Shown here piece by piece: positions 50,257 through 60,046 of a DNA stretch of 64,000 bases. The notes below the pieces were generated by a model. It searched no databases. It saw nothing but the letters and a program-made list of their open reading frames with translations, and had not been told where the DNA came from. The stretch is from an uncultured delta proteobacterium (GTDB lineage: Bacteria > Myxococcota_A > UBA9160 > UBA4427): assembly GCA_963822965.1 (NCBI GenBank), contig CAWGJT010000006.1:96001-160000 (forward strand). Direction: 5' to 3'. Each line of letters begins with the position of its first letter. Within the stretch, counting starts at the first letter, position 1. Both the position numbers and the translations under genes were made by a program.

Positions 50257-51069
50257 ATGCCCGAGACCCGACCGCCGTTCGCCCGCCTGCTGCGCCAGTG
50301 GCGCCGTGCTCGCGGTCACTCGCAGCTCGACCTGGCGACCGAGGCCGGGGTCTCCACCCGTCACCTCTCCTTCCTGGAGACCGGGCGCTCCACCCCGAGT
50401 CGCGAGATGGTGATGCGGTTGTCGGCGACGCTGGACGTTCCCTTGCGGGAGCGCAACGCGCTGCTCGCCGCCGCGGGCTTCGCCTCGGTGTTCCGGGAGA
50501 CGGACCTCGACGCCCCCGAGATGTCCATGCTGCGCCGAATGCTCGACTTCCTGCTGGAGCAGCACGCCCCGTTTCCCGCCGTGCTCCTCGATCGCCGCTG
50601 GAACCTGATCGGCATGAACACCGCCGCTCCGCGCGTGCTGGGCGCGTTCTCCGGCAGTGGCGGCCCCTGGCTGGAGCAGCCCCTCAACATCCTCCGCCTC
50701 ACCCTGCACCCCGAGGCCCTGCAGCCCTACGTGGTGAACTTCGACGAGGTGGCCACCGAGCTCCTCACGGGTCTCCACCGCCAGGCCGCGAGCGATGGCG
50801 ACGACCCGGATTGCAGCACGCTGCTGGCCGAGCTCACCGCCCTGCCCGGCATCCCCGAGACGGGGGTGGTGCCCGACCTCCTGCGGCGACCCAGCCCGGT
50901 GTTGCCCCTGCACCTGAAGCGCGACGATCTCGAGCTGCGTCTGTTCACCGCGGTGACGCAGATCGCCTCTCCCCAGGACGTGACCCTCGACGGACTGCGC
51001 ATCGAGAGCTTCATGCCCGCCGACCCCGAGAGCGAGGCTGCGATCCGCCGGCTCACGAGCACGGACTGA
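50257..51069 (+). CDS. XRE HTH + MmyB-type ligand-binding regulator
   Basis: SQLDLA...STRHLSFLETGR, ERNALLAAAG, LRIESFMPAD. Confidence 0.9.
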   Translation: MPETRPPFARLLRQWRRARGHSQLDLATEAGVSTRHLSFLETGRSTPSREMVMRLSATLDVPLRERNALLAAAGFASVFRETDLDAPEMSMLRRMLDFLLEQHAPFPAVLLDRRWNLIGMNTAAPRVLGAFSGSGGPWLEQPLNILRLTLHPEALQPYVVNFDEVATELLTGLHRQAASDGDDPDCSTLLAELTALPGIPETGVVPDLLRRPSPVLPLHLKRDDLELRLFTAVTQIASPQDVTLDGLRIESFMPADPESEAAIRRLTSTD

Positions 51070-51176
51070 GGACGCCTTCCCGCGCCCCGCTACCTCCCGC
51101 GTAATTGCCCGGGCTCCCGGCCGCGCGCAAGCTCCGCGTGGCGCGCCCCGCCACACCCAACCGCCAGGAGTCTCCC

Positions 51177-52049
51177 ATGAACCCGAGCGACTTCGCGCAG
51201 CTGCGCAAGATGATCGACACCCCCTTCGGTCGCATCGCGACCTACGAGACCGGCCGGGGTCCCGCCGCCCTCTTCGTTCACGGCTACCCCCTCTCCGCCT
51301 ACCACTGGCGCCACCAGCTGGAGGGCCTCGCCGACTGCCGCCGTTGCATCGCCGTCGACCTGATGGGCCTGGGCCACTCCGAGCCCACGCCCGAAACGGG
51401 CGTCGGCTACCCCGAGCAGGCCCGCATGCTGGCGGCCGTCACGGACGCGCTGGGGCTCGAAGAGATCGACCTCGTGGGCAACGACAGCGGCGGATCCATC
51501 GCGCAGCTGCTCGCGGTGTCGGCGCCCTCGCGGATCCGAACGCTGACCCTCACGAACTGCGAGGTGGCCGAGAACAACCCGCCCGCGGCCCTCGCGCCAC
51601 TCGTGGAGATGGCCCGCGCCGGACAGGTGCCGGCGATGTTCGATGCCCTCGTCGCCGACGTCGACGCCGCCCGGGGCGCGCTCGCCCCGGCGTTCGACCG
51701 ACCCGAGGTCGCCATCACCGCGGAACGTCTCGCCTACGACGTCGCGCCCCTGCTCGCCTCGGAGGACCGCCGCCGCCGCCTGAACGAGTACCTGACGGAG
51801 CTGTCGGCGGAGGTCACCCTGGGAATCGTCCCCGACCTGGAACGCTTCCAGCGTCCGGTGCTCGTCGTGTGGGGCGACGCGGACGGCTACATGCCCGTCG
51901 AGTCGGCGCGCTGGCTGGAGGCCCACGTTCCCGGCGTCGAGCGCGTGGTCCTCGTGGCGGGCGGGAAGCTCTTCTTCCCCGAGGAGGAGCACGAGCTGCT
52001 GAACCGCGAGCTGCGCGCGTTCTGGGGAGCCTCTCGCAGCGCGACGTGA
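51177..52049 (+). CDS. Alpha/beta hydrolase, epoxide hydrolase/haloalkane dehalogenase type (Asp nucleophile)
   Basis: HGYP, DLMGLG, GNDSGG; AGGAG RBS. Confidence 0.85.
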   Translation: MNPSDFAQLRKMIDTPFGRIATYETGRGPAALFVHGYPLSAYHWRHQLEGLADCRRCIAVDLMGLGHSEPTPETGVGYPEQARMLAAVTDALGLEEIDLVGNDSGGSIAQLLAVSAPSRIRTLTLTNCEVAENNPPAALAPLVEMARAGQVPAMFDALVADVDAARGALAPAFDRPEVAITAERLAYDVAPLLASEDRRRRLNEYLTELSAEVTLGIVPDLERFQRPVLVVWGDADGYMPVESARWLEAHVPGVERVVLVAGGKLFFPEEEHELLNRELRAFWGASRSAT

Positions 52050-52360
52050 CCGGCTCCCGGGCGGGGCGGCGTCTGCCGTGTCGATCCGGCCCTGTCTCGT
52101 TCCCCTGCCGGGAGACCTCTTCCACGTCCGCAGCGTGCTCGAGCTGAACGAGGAGGTGATGCAGAGCCGGGTCGACGACCTCGTCCTGGCCACAAGCATC
52201 ATCGAAGAGCTGAACCTCGACACCCGCGTCTGGTCGAAGGCCTGATCGGGCCAGAGACCGTGCGCCGGGCCCCAAGCCGCCGGGGTCCCTCTCCCACCCG
52301 GGAGGGAGCCAATTCGACGCGGAACGTCCGAGACGAGACACTGGGACGCGGGGCCAGCGA

Positions 52361-53440
52361 ATGGCCAGCGAAACCGGGAGGAAGGTGTCTGCCGTGGGGG
52401 CTTCGCTCCGGACCGCCGGCGTCGCGCTGCTGTCCCTCGTCAGCCTCGCCTGCTGCCTCGGCACGGGGTCTCGCGTTCTTGCGGACGCGGGTCCCACCCC
52501 CGTCGACGCCCGAGAACGCCTGCCCGTGGACGGCGCGAGCCTCTCTCTCGTCACGCGGGGAGTCGATCGATCCGCACCCATCCTGCTGTGGCTCCACGGA
52601 GGGCCCGGAGGCGCGGAGAGCCCCCTGTTCCGCCTCTTCGACGGGGCGCTCGAGGACCACTTCGTCGTCGCGTACTGGGACCAGCGCGGCGCCGGGAGAT
52701 CCTTCGATCCGGACGCCGATCCGGCGCTTCTCACCATCGACCGACACCTCGCCGACCTCGACGCGGTGGTCGATCGTCTGACGGCGACCTTCGGGCGCGC
52801 GCGGGTCATCCTGGTCGGCCATTCCTGGGGCTCGGCGCTGGGACTCCTCTACGCACAGCAGCACCCCGAGAAGGTGGCGGCCTTCGTGGGCGTGGGACAG
52901 GTGGTCTCCGTGCGGGCGCAACGGCGGGCGCAGTACGAGTTCGTGCGCCGCGAAGCGGAGCGTCTCGGCGACGACTCGGCGCTCGAGACGCTCCGGGAGA
53001 TCGGCGAGCCGCCGTGGTCCGCCGAGCAGGATCTCGCCGTGGGCAGGCTCGTCGACCGCTTCGGCGGCCTCTTCCACCAGCGCCCGAGCTTCTTCTGGAC
53101 GGTGCTGCGCGGCGTCGGCCGGGGGATCGTCACCCCCTGGGAGATTCCCCGCTTCATCCGCGCGAACGAGATCTCCCTCGAAGCCATGAACGACGAGCTG
53201 CAGGAGCTCGACCTGCGCCGGCGGGTTCCGCGGGTCGAGGTGCCCGTCTTCTTCTTCCTCGGCCGCTGGGACCGGAAGACGGACCCGCGCCTGGCCGCCG
53301 CGTACCTCGAGCAGCTCGAGGCGCCGGAGAAGGAGTGCGTGTGGTTCGAGAACGCCGCCCACAACGTGCCGTTCGAGGAGCCGTTGCGCTTCCAGGAAAC
53401 GCTCGTGCGCGTGCTGCGGGAAGCCCAGATCGCGCGGTGA
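52361..53440 (+). CDS. Exported alpha/beta hydrolase (proline iminopeptidase-like)
   Basis: Signal-like N-terminus, HGGPG, DQRGAG, GHSWG, FENAAH. Confidence 0.88.
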   Translation: MASETGRKVSAVGASLRTAGVALLSLVSLACCLGTGSRVLADAGPTPVDARERLPVDGASLSLVTRGVDRSAPILLWLHGGPGGAESPLFRLFDGALEDHFVVAYWDQRGAGRSFDPDADPALLTIDRHLADLDAVVDRLTATFGRARVILVGHSWGSALGLLYAQQHPEKVAAFVGVGQVVSVRAQRRAQYEFVRREAERLGDDSALETLREIGEPPWSAEQDLAVGRLVDRFGGLFHQRPSFFWTVLRGVGRGIVTPWEIPRFIRANEISLEAMNDELQELDLRRRVPRVEVPVFFFLGRWDRKTDPRLAAAYLEQLEAPEKECVWFENAAHNVPFEEPLRFQETLVRVLREAQIAR

Positions 53441-53622
53441 CGCCGGGCCGCGCGGCGGCCGGAACCGGTCTCCCCGACCCGGACCGAGGCCCTCGGGCGC
53501 CTGCCCGCTTCGTCGAAGAGGGATCGCCCGGCGCCTCGTGACCCCCGTTCAGGTCGTCCCGCCGTGCGAGCGAGGCCGCTACCTTCCCCGCCCTCGATCA
53601 CTCCAGGGGTTGTGACTTGGCC

Positions 53623-55333
53623 ATGTCGACGAGCGCCGACCTCGATCTCCCGCCCTACGATCCGCAGCGCATCCTCGAAGCGCCCTTCCCGGAACGGGTG
53701 AGGCTCGTGTGCCGTACCTGGGCCTCCCAGGTGAATCCCAATCCCGCCATCGTGCTGGTGATGTACTGGGCGAAGTACCTGCTGCTCTTCGTCGGGGGCT
53801 GGGCGTTCTTCGTCTCCTTCTCCGCCGGCTATCCGGGCTTCACGTCGCCGGGCGGGTGGGCGTTCACGACCGGCGCGTTCCAGAAGGCGATCCTGTGGGC
53901 GATCTTCTACGAGCTGGCGGGCTTCGGGTGCGGCTCGGGGCCCATGAACGCGCGCTTCTCCCCGCCGATCGGCGGCTTCCTCCACTTCCTGCGTCCGGGC
54001 ACCACGAAGCTGCCGCTCCTTCCCGGTGTCCCCGTCTTCGGCGGGACCCGGCGCACGGCGCTCGACGCCGCGCTCTATGCGGCGAACCAGCTCCTGCTGC
54101 TGCGCGCGCTGCTCGCGCCCGAGGTGACCCCGGCGCTCCTGGCGCCCGGCTTCGTGCTGATCCCGCTCCTCGGGGTCACGGACAAGACCCTCTTCCTCGC
54201 GGCGCGCGCCGAGCACTACTACGTGGCGCTCGTGTGCCTGACGGTGGCCAGCGCCGACGCGCTGTGGATCTCGGCCTGCAAGGTGATCTGGGGCGCGATC
54301 TGGTTCTGGGCGGCGACGTCCAAGGTCAACGACCACTTCCCGTCGGTCATCATGGTGATGATGAACAACGGGCCGTTCTTCCCGAAGTGGCTCAAGAAGC
54401 GGCTCTTCGTCGCCTACCCCGACGACCTGCGCCCCTCGCTCGATGGCCGTCTTCATGGCGCGCATGGGCACGTTCACCGAGTACATGATCCCGCTGGTCC
54501 TGCTCACCAGCCACAGCCCGCTCGTCACCGGCGTGGCGCTCTTCGTGATGTGCGGCTTCCACGGGTTCATCGCGCTGAACAACCCGAGCGGCATGCCCAT
54601 CGAGTGGAACATCCTGATGATCTACGGCGGCATCTTCCTGTTCGGCTTCCACCCGGAGGCGAGCCTCCTGGCCCTGGGCCAGGCGCCGTGGCTGGTCGCT
54701 CTTCCTGTTCTTCTGTCTCTTCGTCGTGCCGGCCTACGGCAACTTCGTGCCCTCCGCGCGTCTCCTTCCTGCTGTCCATGCGCTACTACGCGGGCAACTG
54801 GGCCTACAACATCTGGCTCGTCCGCAAGGACGCCATCCCGAAGCTCTCCCGGCTGACGAAGGCCGCGGGCACCATGCGCGAGCAGCTCGAGAAGCTGCTG
54901 CCCGATCCGATGGCGGTGGAGACGGCCCTCGCGCTGTCGCTCGCCCACCGCTTCATGCACCTGGAGGGCCGTCCCCTGCTCGAGGCGCTGCCACGCGCGG
55001 TCGACGACATCGACGACTACGAGTGGATGGACGGCGAGATCGTCGGCGGCATGGTGCTCGGCTGGAACTTCGGCGACGGCCACCTGAACGGGACGCAGCT
55101 GCTCGAGGCGGTGCAGGCGCAGTGCGGCTTCGAGCCGGGCGAGCTGCGCGTCGTGATGGTCGAGTCGCAGCCGCTCTTCGGCCGCACGATGCAGTGGAAG
55201 ATCGTCGACGCCGCGAGCGGCGTGCTCGAGGAGGGCGAGACGCGAGATCGCGCCGATGCGGAGCCTCCAGCCCTGGCCGACCGGCGAGCACGCCCGGGCG
55301 TTCCTGCGCGGCCCCGCCGACCGGATCGCCTGA
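53623..55333 (+). CDS. DUF3556 family membrane protein, frameshifts
   Basis: GCGSGPM, FLRPGTTKLP, DKTLFLAARAEHY, SFLLSMRYYAGNW, GWNFGDGHL, GELRVVMVESQP. Confidence 0.8.
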
Positions 55334-55345
55334 GGCGGCGCCGAA

Positions 55346-56782
55346 ATGCCGGAGCGCGAACCGGAAGCCGTCGTGATCGGCTCCGGCCCGAACGGGCTCG
55401 CGGCCGCGGTGGCCCTGGCGCGGGCGGGCGTCTCGGTGCGGGTCGTCGAGGCCGACGACGAGATCGGCGGCGGTACGCGCAGCGCCGAGCTCACCCTGCC
55501 CGGCTTCCTCCACGACGTCTGCTCCGCCGTCCACCCGATGGGCATCCTCTCGCCCTTCTTCCGCCAGCTGCCCCTGGCCGAGCACGGGCTCGTCTGGCTG
55601 CGGCCGCGCGCCTCGGTCGCGCACCCGATGGAGGGCGAGCCCGCGGTGATGCTCTACCGCTCGCTCGAGCGCACCGCGGCGGGGCTGGGGCGCGACGCGC
55701 GCGGCCTGGTCGCGGCTGGTCGGCCCCTTCCTCGACGACCCCCACGCCCTGCTCGCCGACGTGATGGCGCCGCTGCGCGTGCCCGGGCACCCGCTCCGGA
55801 TGCTGCGCTTCGGCCTGCGCGCCGTCTTCTCGGCCAACCGGCTCGCGCGCCTGTGCTTCCGCGGCGAGCGGGCGCGCGCGCTCCTCGCCGGCTGCGCCGG
55901 CGCACTCGGTGCTGCCGCTCACCCAGCCCCTCACCGCGGCGCTCGGCCGTGCTGTTCGCGATCACCGCCCACGTGGAGGACTGGCCCGTGGCCGCGGGCG
56001 GCTCCCAGGCGATCGCCGCGCGCCCTGGCCTCCTACCTGCGAAGCCTGGGCGGCGAGATCGAGACGGGCCGCCGCATCGAACGCCTGGACGAGCTCCGCG
56101 ACGCGCAGGGTCGTCCTCTTCGACACCTCCCCCGAGCAGCTCGTCCGCATCGCCGGCGACGCGCTTCCCGCCGGCTACCGCCGCCGGCTCGCGCGCTACC
56201 GCTACGGTCCCGGCGTCTTCAAGCTCGACTGGGCCCTCGACGGGCCGATCCCCTGGCAGGACCCGGCGTGCCGCGAGGCCTCCACGGTGCACGTGGGGGG
56301 CACCCTCGAGGAGATCTGCGCCTCGGAGCGCGACATGTACCGCGGACGCCACAGCGAGCGCCCCTTCCTGATCCTCTGCCAGCAGAGCGAGGTCGACGCG
56401 ACGCGGGCACCGGCCGGCCAGCACACGGGCTACGCGTACTGCCACGTCCCCCACGCCTCGACCCGGGACATGAGCGCGGCCATCGAGGCGCCAGGTCGAG
56501 CGCTTCGCGCCCGGCTTCCGCGACCGCATCCTGGCTCGGCACGCCATGGGCCCCGCCGACTTCGAGCGCTACAACCCGAACTACAAGGGCGGCGCCATCA
56601 CCGGCGGCGTCGCCGATCTCTTCCAGCTCTGGAGCCGCCCGGTCGCGCGACTCGATCCCTACTCGACCCCGAACCCGCGCCTGTTCCTGTGCTCGTCCTC
56701 CACGCCGCCGGGCGGCGGCGTCCACGGACAGTGCGGGTACTGGGCGGCGAGATCGGTCCTGAAGCGACTCGGCCGGCGCTGA
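55346..56782 (+). CDS. Phytoene desaturase-family FAD-dependent oxidoreductase, frameshifts
   Basis: VIGSGPNGLAAA, HDVCSAVHP, NPNYKGGAI, TPPGGGVHG. Confidence 0.88.
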
Positions 56783-56821
56783 CGCGCGCACGGCGCGCGG
56801 CGCGCGGGCCTCAGCGCGGCC

Positions 56822-57505
56822 TCACCGAAAGAGCGCACCGCGGAGGATCGGCTCCATGTCGGACCAGATCCCCAGGGGCCACGTGATGGCCGCCGTGCAC
56901 GCCACGATCGCCTCGGTGAGGAAGACCCGCGCGGGCGGGAAGAAGAACACGAGCCCGACGATCACCAGCAGACCGAAGCGCTCCAGACGTCGATACGCGT
57001 CGAGCGCACCGGCCGGCAGGAAGTACTGGAGCACCCGCGAGCCGTCGAGCGGTGGGATCGGGATCAGGTTGAAGACCGCCAGTAGCACGTTCACGAAGAT
57101 GCCGACGGACAGCACCGCGGCCAGCCGGAACCCCGGCGCGGCGAGCCCGAGGGCGGAGAGAAGCGCGAGCACCAGGGCCAGGCCCACCGCCATCGCGAGG
57201 TTGGAGAGCGGACCGGCGGCACCCACCAGGGCCCAGTCCCGGCGCGGGTTGCGCAGGCGCGAGAGGTCCACCGGCACCGGCTTCGCCCCACCGAGGATGA
57301 TCCCCGTGCCGGACAGGATGAGGAAGAGCGGCAGCAGGATGGTGAAGAAGAGGTCGATGTGGGGCAGCGGGTTCAAGGTCAGCCGCCCCCGCTCGCGAGC
57401 GGTGGGGTCGCCCAGCCGATCGGCCACGAAGCCGTGACACGCCTCGTGGGTGGTGATCGCAAACACGACCAGCACCGCGGATCCGGCGACGGTCAGCGGA
57501 TCCAT
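56822..57505 (-). CDS. Small site-2 protease (M50)
   Basis: HEACH, GDPTA, AAGPLSN, FNLIPIPPLDGS. Confidence 0.9.
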   Translation of the reverse strand: MDPLTVAGSAVLVVFAITTHEACHGFVADRLGDPTARERGRLTLNPLPHIDLFFTILLPLFLILSGTGIILGGAKPVPVDLSRLRNPRRDWALVGAAGPLSNLAMAVGLALVLALLSALGLAAPGFRLAAVLSVGIFVNVLLAVFNLIPIPPLDGSRVLQYFLPAGALDAYRRLERFGLLVIVGLVFFFPPARVFLTEAIVACTAAITWPLGIWSDMEPILRGALFR

Positions 57506-57551
57506 CGGGTCGCTCCCCGGAGCCCATGGGCGCCGGCCTGCCTCGTTGCCC

Positions 57552-58256
57552 TCATGCCTCCCCGATCCTCCGCGCGGCGCTAAGCAGCAAGGGCAGGTCG
57601 ATCTCCCGCAGCTCGGCGATTCGCTCGACCGTGACGTCCGGGGGAGGATAGGTGATTTCCTGGGCCTCGCGGGCGTAGTGGCCCTGTCGCGGGAAGACCG
57701 TCGTGACCCGCTCACCCCACACCTCCTTCACCGCCGTGAGGATCCGGACCTTGTCGTCGACGAGCACGTAGTGCCTCGCCGGGAAGCGCCGCTCGACGTC
57801 CTGCAGCTCCAGCTCCTTGTGGATGTAGACGAGCACCCGCCCTCCGACCGCTGCGCGCAGCCCCGAGCGCTCGATCTTCCGCGGCTGGAACACCGCATCG
57901 CCGTCGGACAGGATGACGGTCGGGCCGAAGGCGGCGAGGTGCTCGATCACGTCCCGCACGCCGGGGAAGACGGACCGGTCGAACGGGTAGTCCAGCAGGA
58001 AGGAGGAGACGTCGAGGAGGCGCTGATCCCGGGGGTGCGTCTCGCGGTACCGCTGGAGCGCACCCAGGTAGTCCACGTAGCCCCGCTCCGTCCGCAGCTG
58101 CTCGAGGATCTCGAAGTACCGCTCCGCGCCGTCCGCGCCGACCTCCCGTACCAGGGTGCGCCGGAGGTCGGCCGTGATCCCGTCATTGTCCAGCAGCGTG
58201 TTGTCCACGTCGAGCAGGAACACCACCGGCGTCTCGGACACCGCCGGAGGCGTCAT
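57552..58256 (-). CDS. HAD superfamily hydrolase
   Basis: DVDNTL, LSDGD, VDDK; ATGA overlap with the ClC stop. Confidence 0.88.
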   Translation of the reverse strand: MTPPAVSETPVVFLLDVDNTLLDNDGITADLRRTLVREVGADGAERYFEILEQLRTERGYVDYLGALQRYRETHPRDQRLLDVSSFLLDYPFDRSVFPGVRDVIEHLAAFGPTVILSDGDAVFQPRKIERSGLRAAVGGRVLVYIHKELELQDVERRFPARHYVLVDDKVRILTAVKEVWGERVTTVFPRQGHYAREAQEITYPPPDVTVERIAELREIDLPLLLSAARRIGEA

Positions 58257-60046
58257 TCCGCGTAGAGCTCGCTCGCCTGCGCGAGGGCGTCGGCGATCTC
58301 GACCTTCGTGATGAGTCCGCGCACCGCATCGGGCGTGATCGGCCCCGCAGACTCGACGACGAGGGCGTAGAACGCCCGGCGGGTCCGGATCCCGCTCACG
58401 ATGTCGGCGAGGCGGGTCCGCGGCGCCTACGCGGATCCAGTCGCGGCGAGCGACCTCGCCCAGGGTCGCTTCGCGGCCGGGCTCGATCGAGGGCGCCCAG
58501 CGCGTCGGAGCGTGTCACGACCCCGACGACTTCTCCCCCGTTCACCACCAGGAACCACGAGACGTCGGCGCGCTCCGCCAGCAGGTGCGCCGCTTCGTCC
58601 AGGGTGCTGGACGCCTCCAGGCGCTCCTGCACGGCCTCCATCAGATCCTCCGCACGGTGCAGCTCGTGCACGCTCGTGCGGAGCGACTCCGGGATGATGT
58701 GACCGCGCCGGGTGAGCTTGAGCGAGTAGATGCTGTCGGCGCACCACCGGCTCCGGACGCCGTAGCTCAGCGCCACGGTGATCGTCATCGGGATGATCAC
58801 GTTGTAGTCCAGGGTCATCTCGAAGATCATGACGATCGCCGCCAGCGCCGCACCGGTCGAGCCCCCGACGACGCCCGCCATTCCCGCCACGGCGAAGGCG
58901 GGTGGGCTCACCGCGAACTCCGGAAACGCAGCCGTGGACGAGGATGCCGAGGCCCGCGCCGAAGCGTCGCTCCCATGTACAGCGCCGGGCGAGAAGATCC
59001 CGCCCGAGGCACCGGATCCCAGCGTGAGCGAGGTGGCGAGGAGCTTCAGCACGCACAGCAGCAGGAGCAGCGGCGCGGCGTCGAGGGTTCCGGTGAGCAC
59101 GTCGTTCACGGTGGCGTAGCCGACCCCCTCCACGTAGTAGTGACCGGTGGTGCGGAAGAGCACGTAGAAGAGGATTCCGACCATCAGCATCCCGCTCGCA
59201 TGACGGACGTAGTAGCTCGCCGGGCATCCGCTCGAACAGGTCCTCGAACCAGTAGATCGAGCGGATGTAGACGACGGAGACGCAGCCCCATCAGCACGCC
59301 GAGACCGACGAAGGCGAGCAGGACGAACGGACTCGTCAGCTCGAAGTCGGAGGTCTCGAAGCGTCGGGATCACGAAGGAGGGATGGGCGCCGAAGAAGAT
59401 GCGCCCGACGTAGGTGGCGGTCGCGGTGGAGATCGCCACGGGAACGAGCGTGCGGGCGCTCACCTCGAGCATCATGATCTCGACCGCGAAGAGCACGCCC
59501 CCGACGGGCGTGTTGAAGGTGGCCGCGATCCCGCCCGCGGCGCCGGCGGCGATCATGGTCATGCGCTGCCAGACGGGAACGGCGAGCAGCTGACCGATCG
59601 TCGAGCCGAAGGCCGAGCCGATCTGGATGATCGGGCCTTCTCGCCCCACGGCGCCGCCGCTTCCGATCGACAGGGCCGAGGCGAGCGACTTGACGAGCGC
59701 GACCACCGGGCGGATCACCCCGCGGTCGTAGTAGATCGCGTCGACGACCTCGGGGACCCCGTGGCCCTTGGCCTCCGGGGCGAAGTTCTTCACCAGGAAC
59801 GCGACGCCGAGAGCGCCCACCACGGGCACGAGCGACCACCCACGCGCCCCATGGGCTCGCGGGAGTGTGGACGTTGGCGTCGTACACCCAGGAGAGCTGG
59901 CCCAGGAAGAGCAGGTTGTGGAACAGCCCGATCAGGCCGCGAAACAGCGCCGCGCCGAGACCGGCGAACGCGCCGATCGCCACCGAGACGAGGTAGAGCG
60001 AGATGGGGGAGAGACGCCGGACCGGCGGCGCTTGCGGCTCGGCCAC
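58253..60046 (-). CDS. ClC chloride channel/antiporter with C-terminal CBS domains, frameshifts
   Basis: GHGVPE, GREGP, GIAATFNTP, GGIFSP, IFEMT, SIY. Confidence 0.9.
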
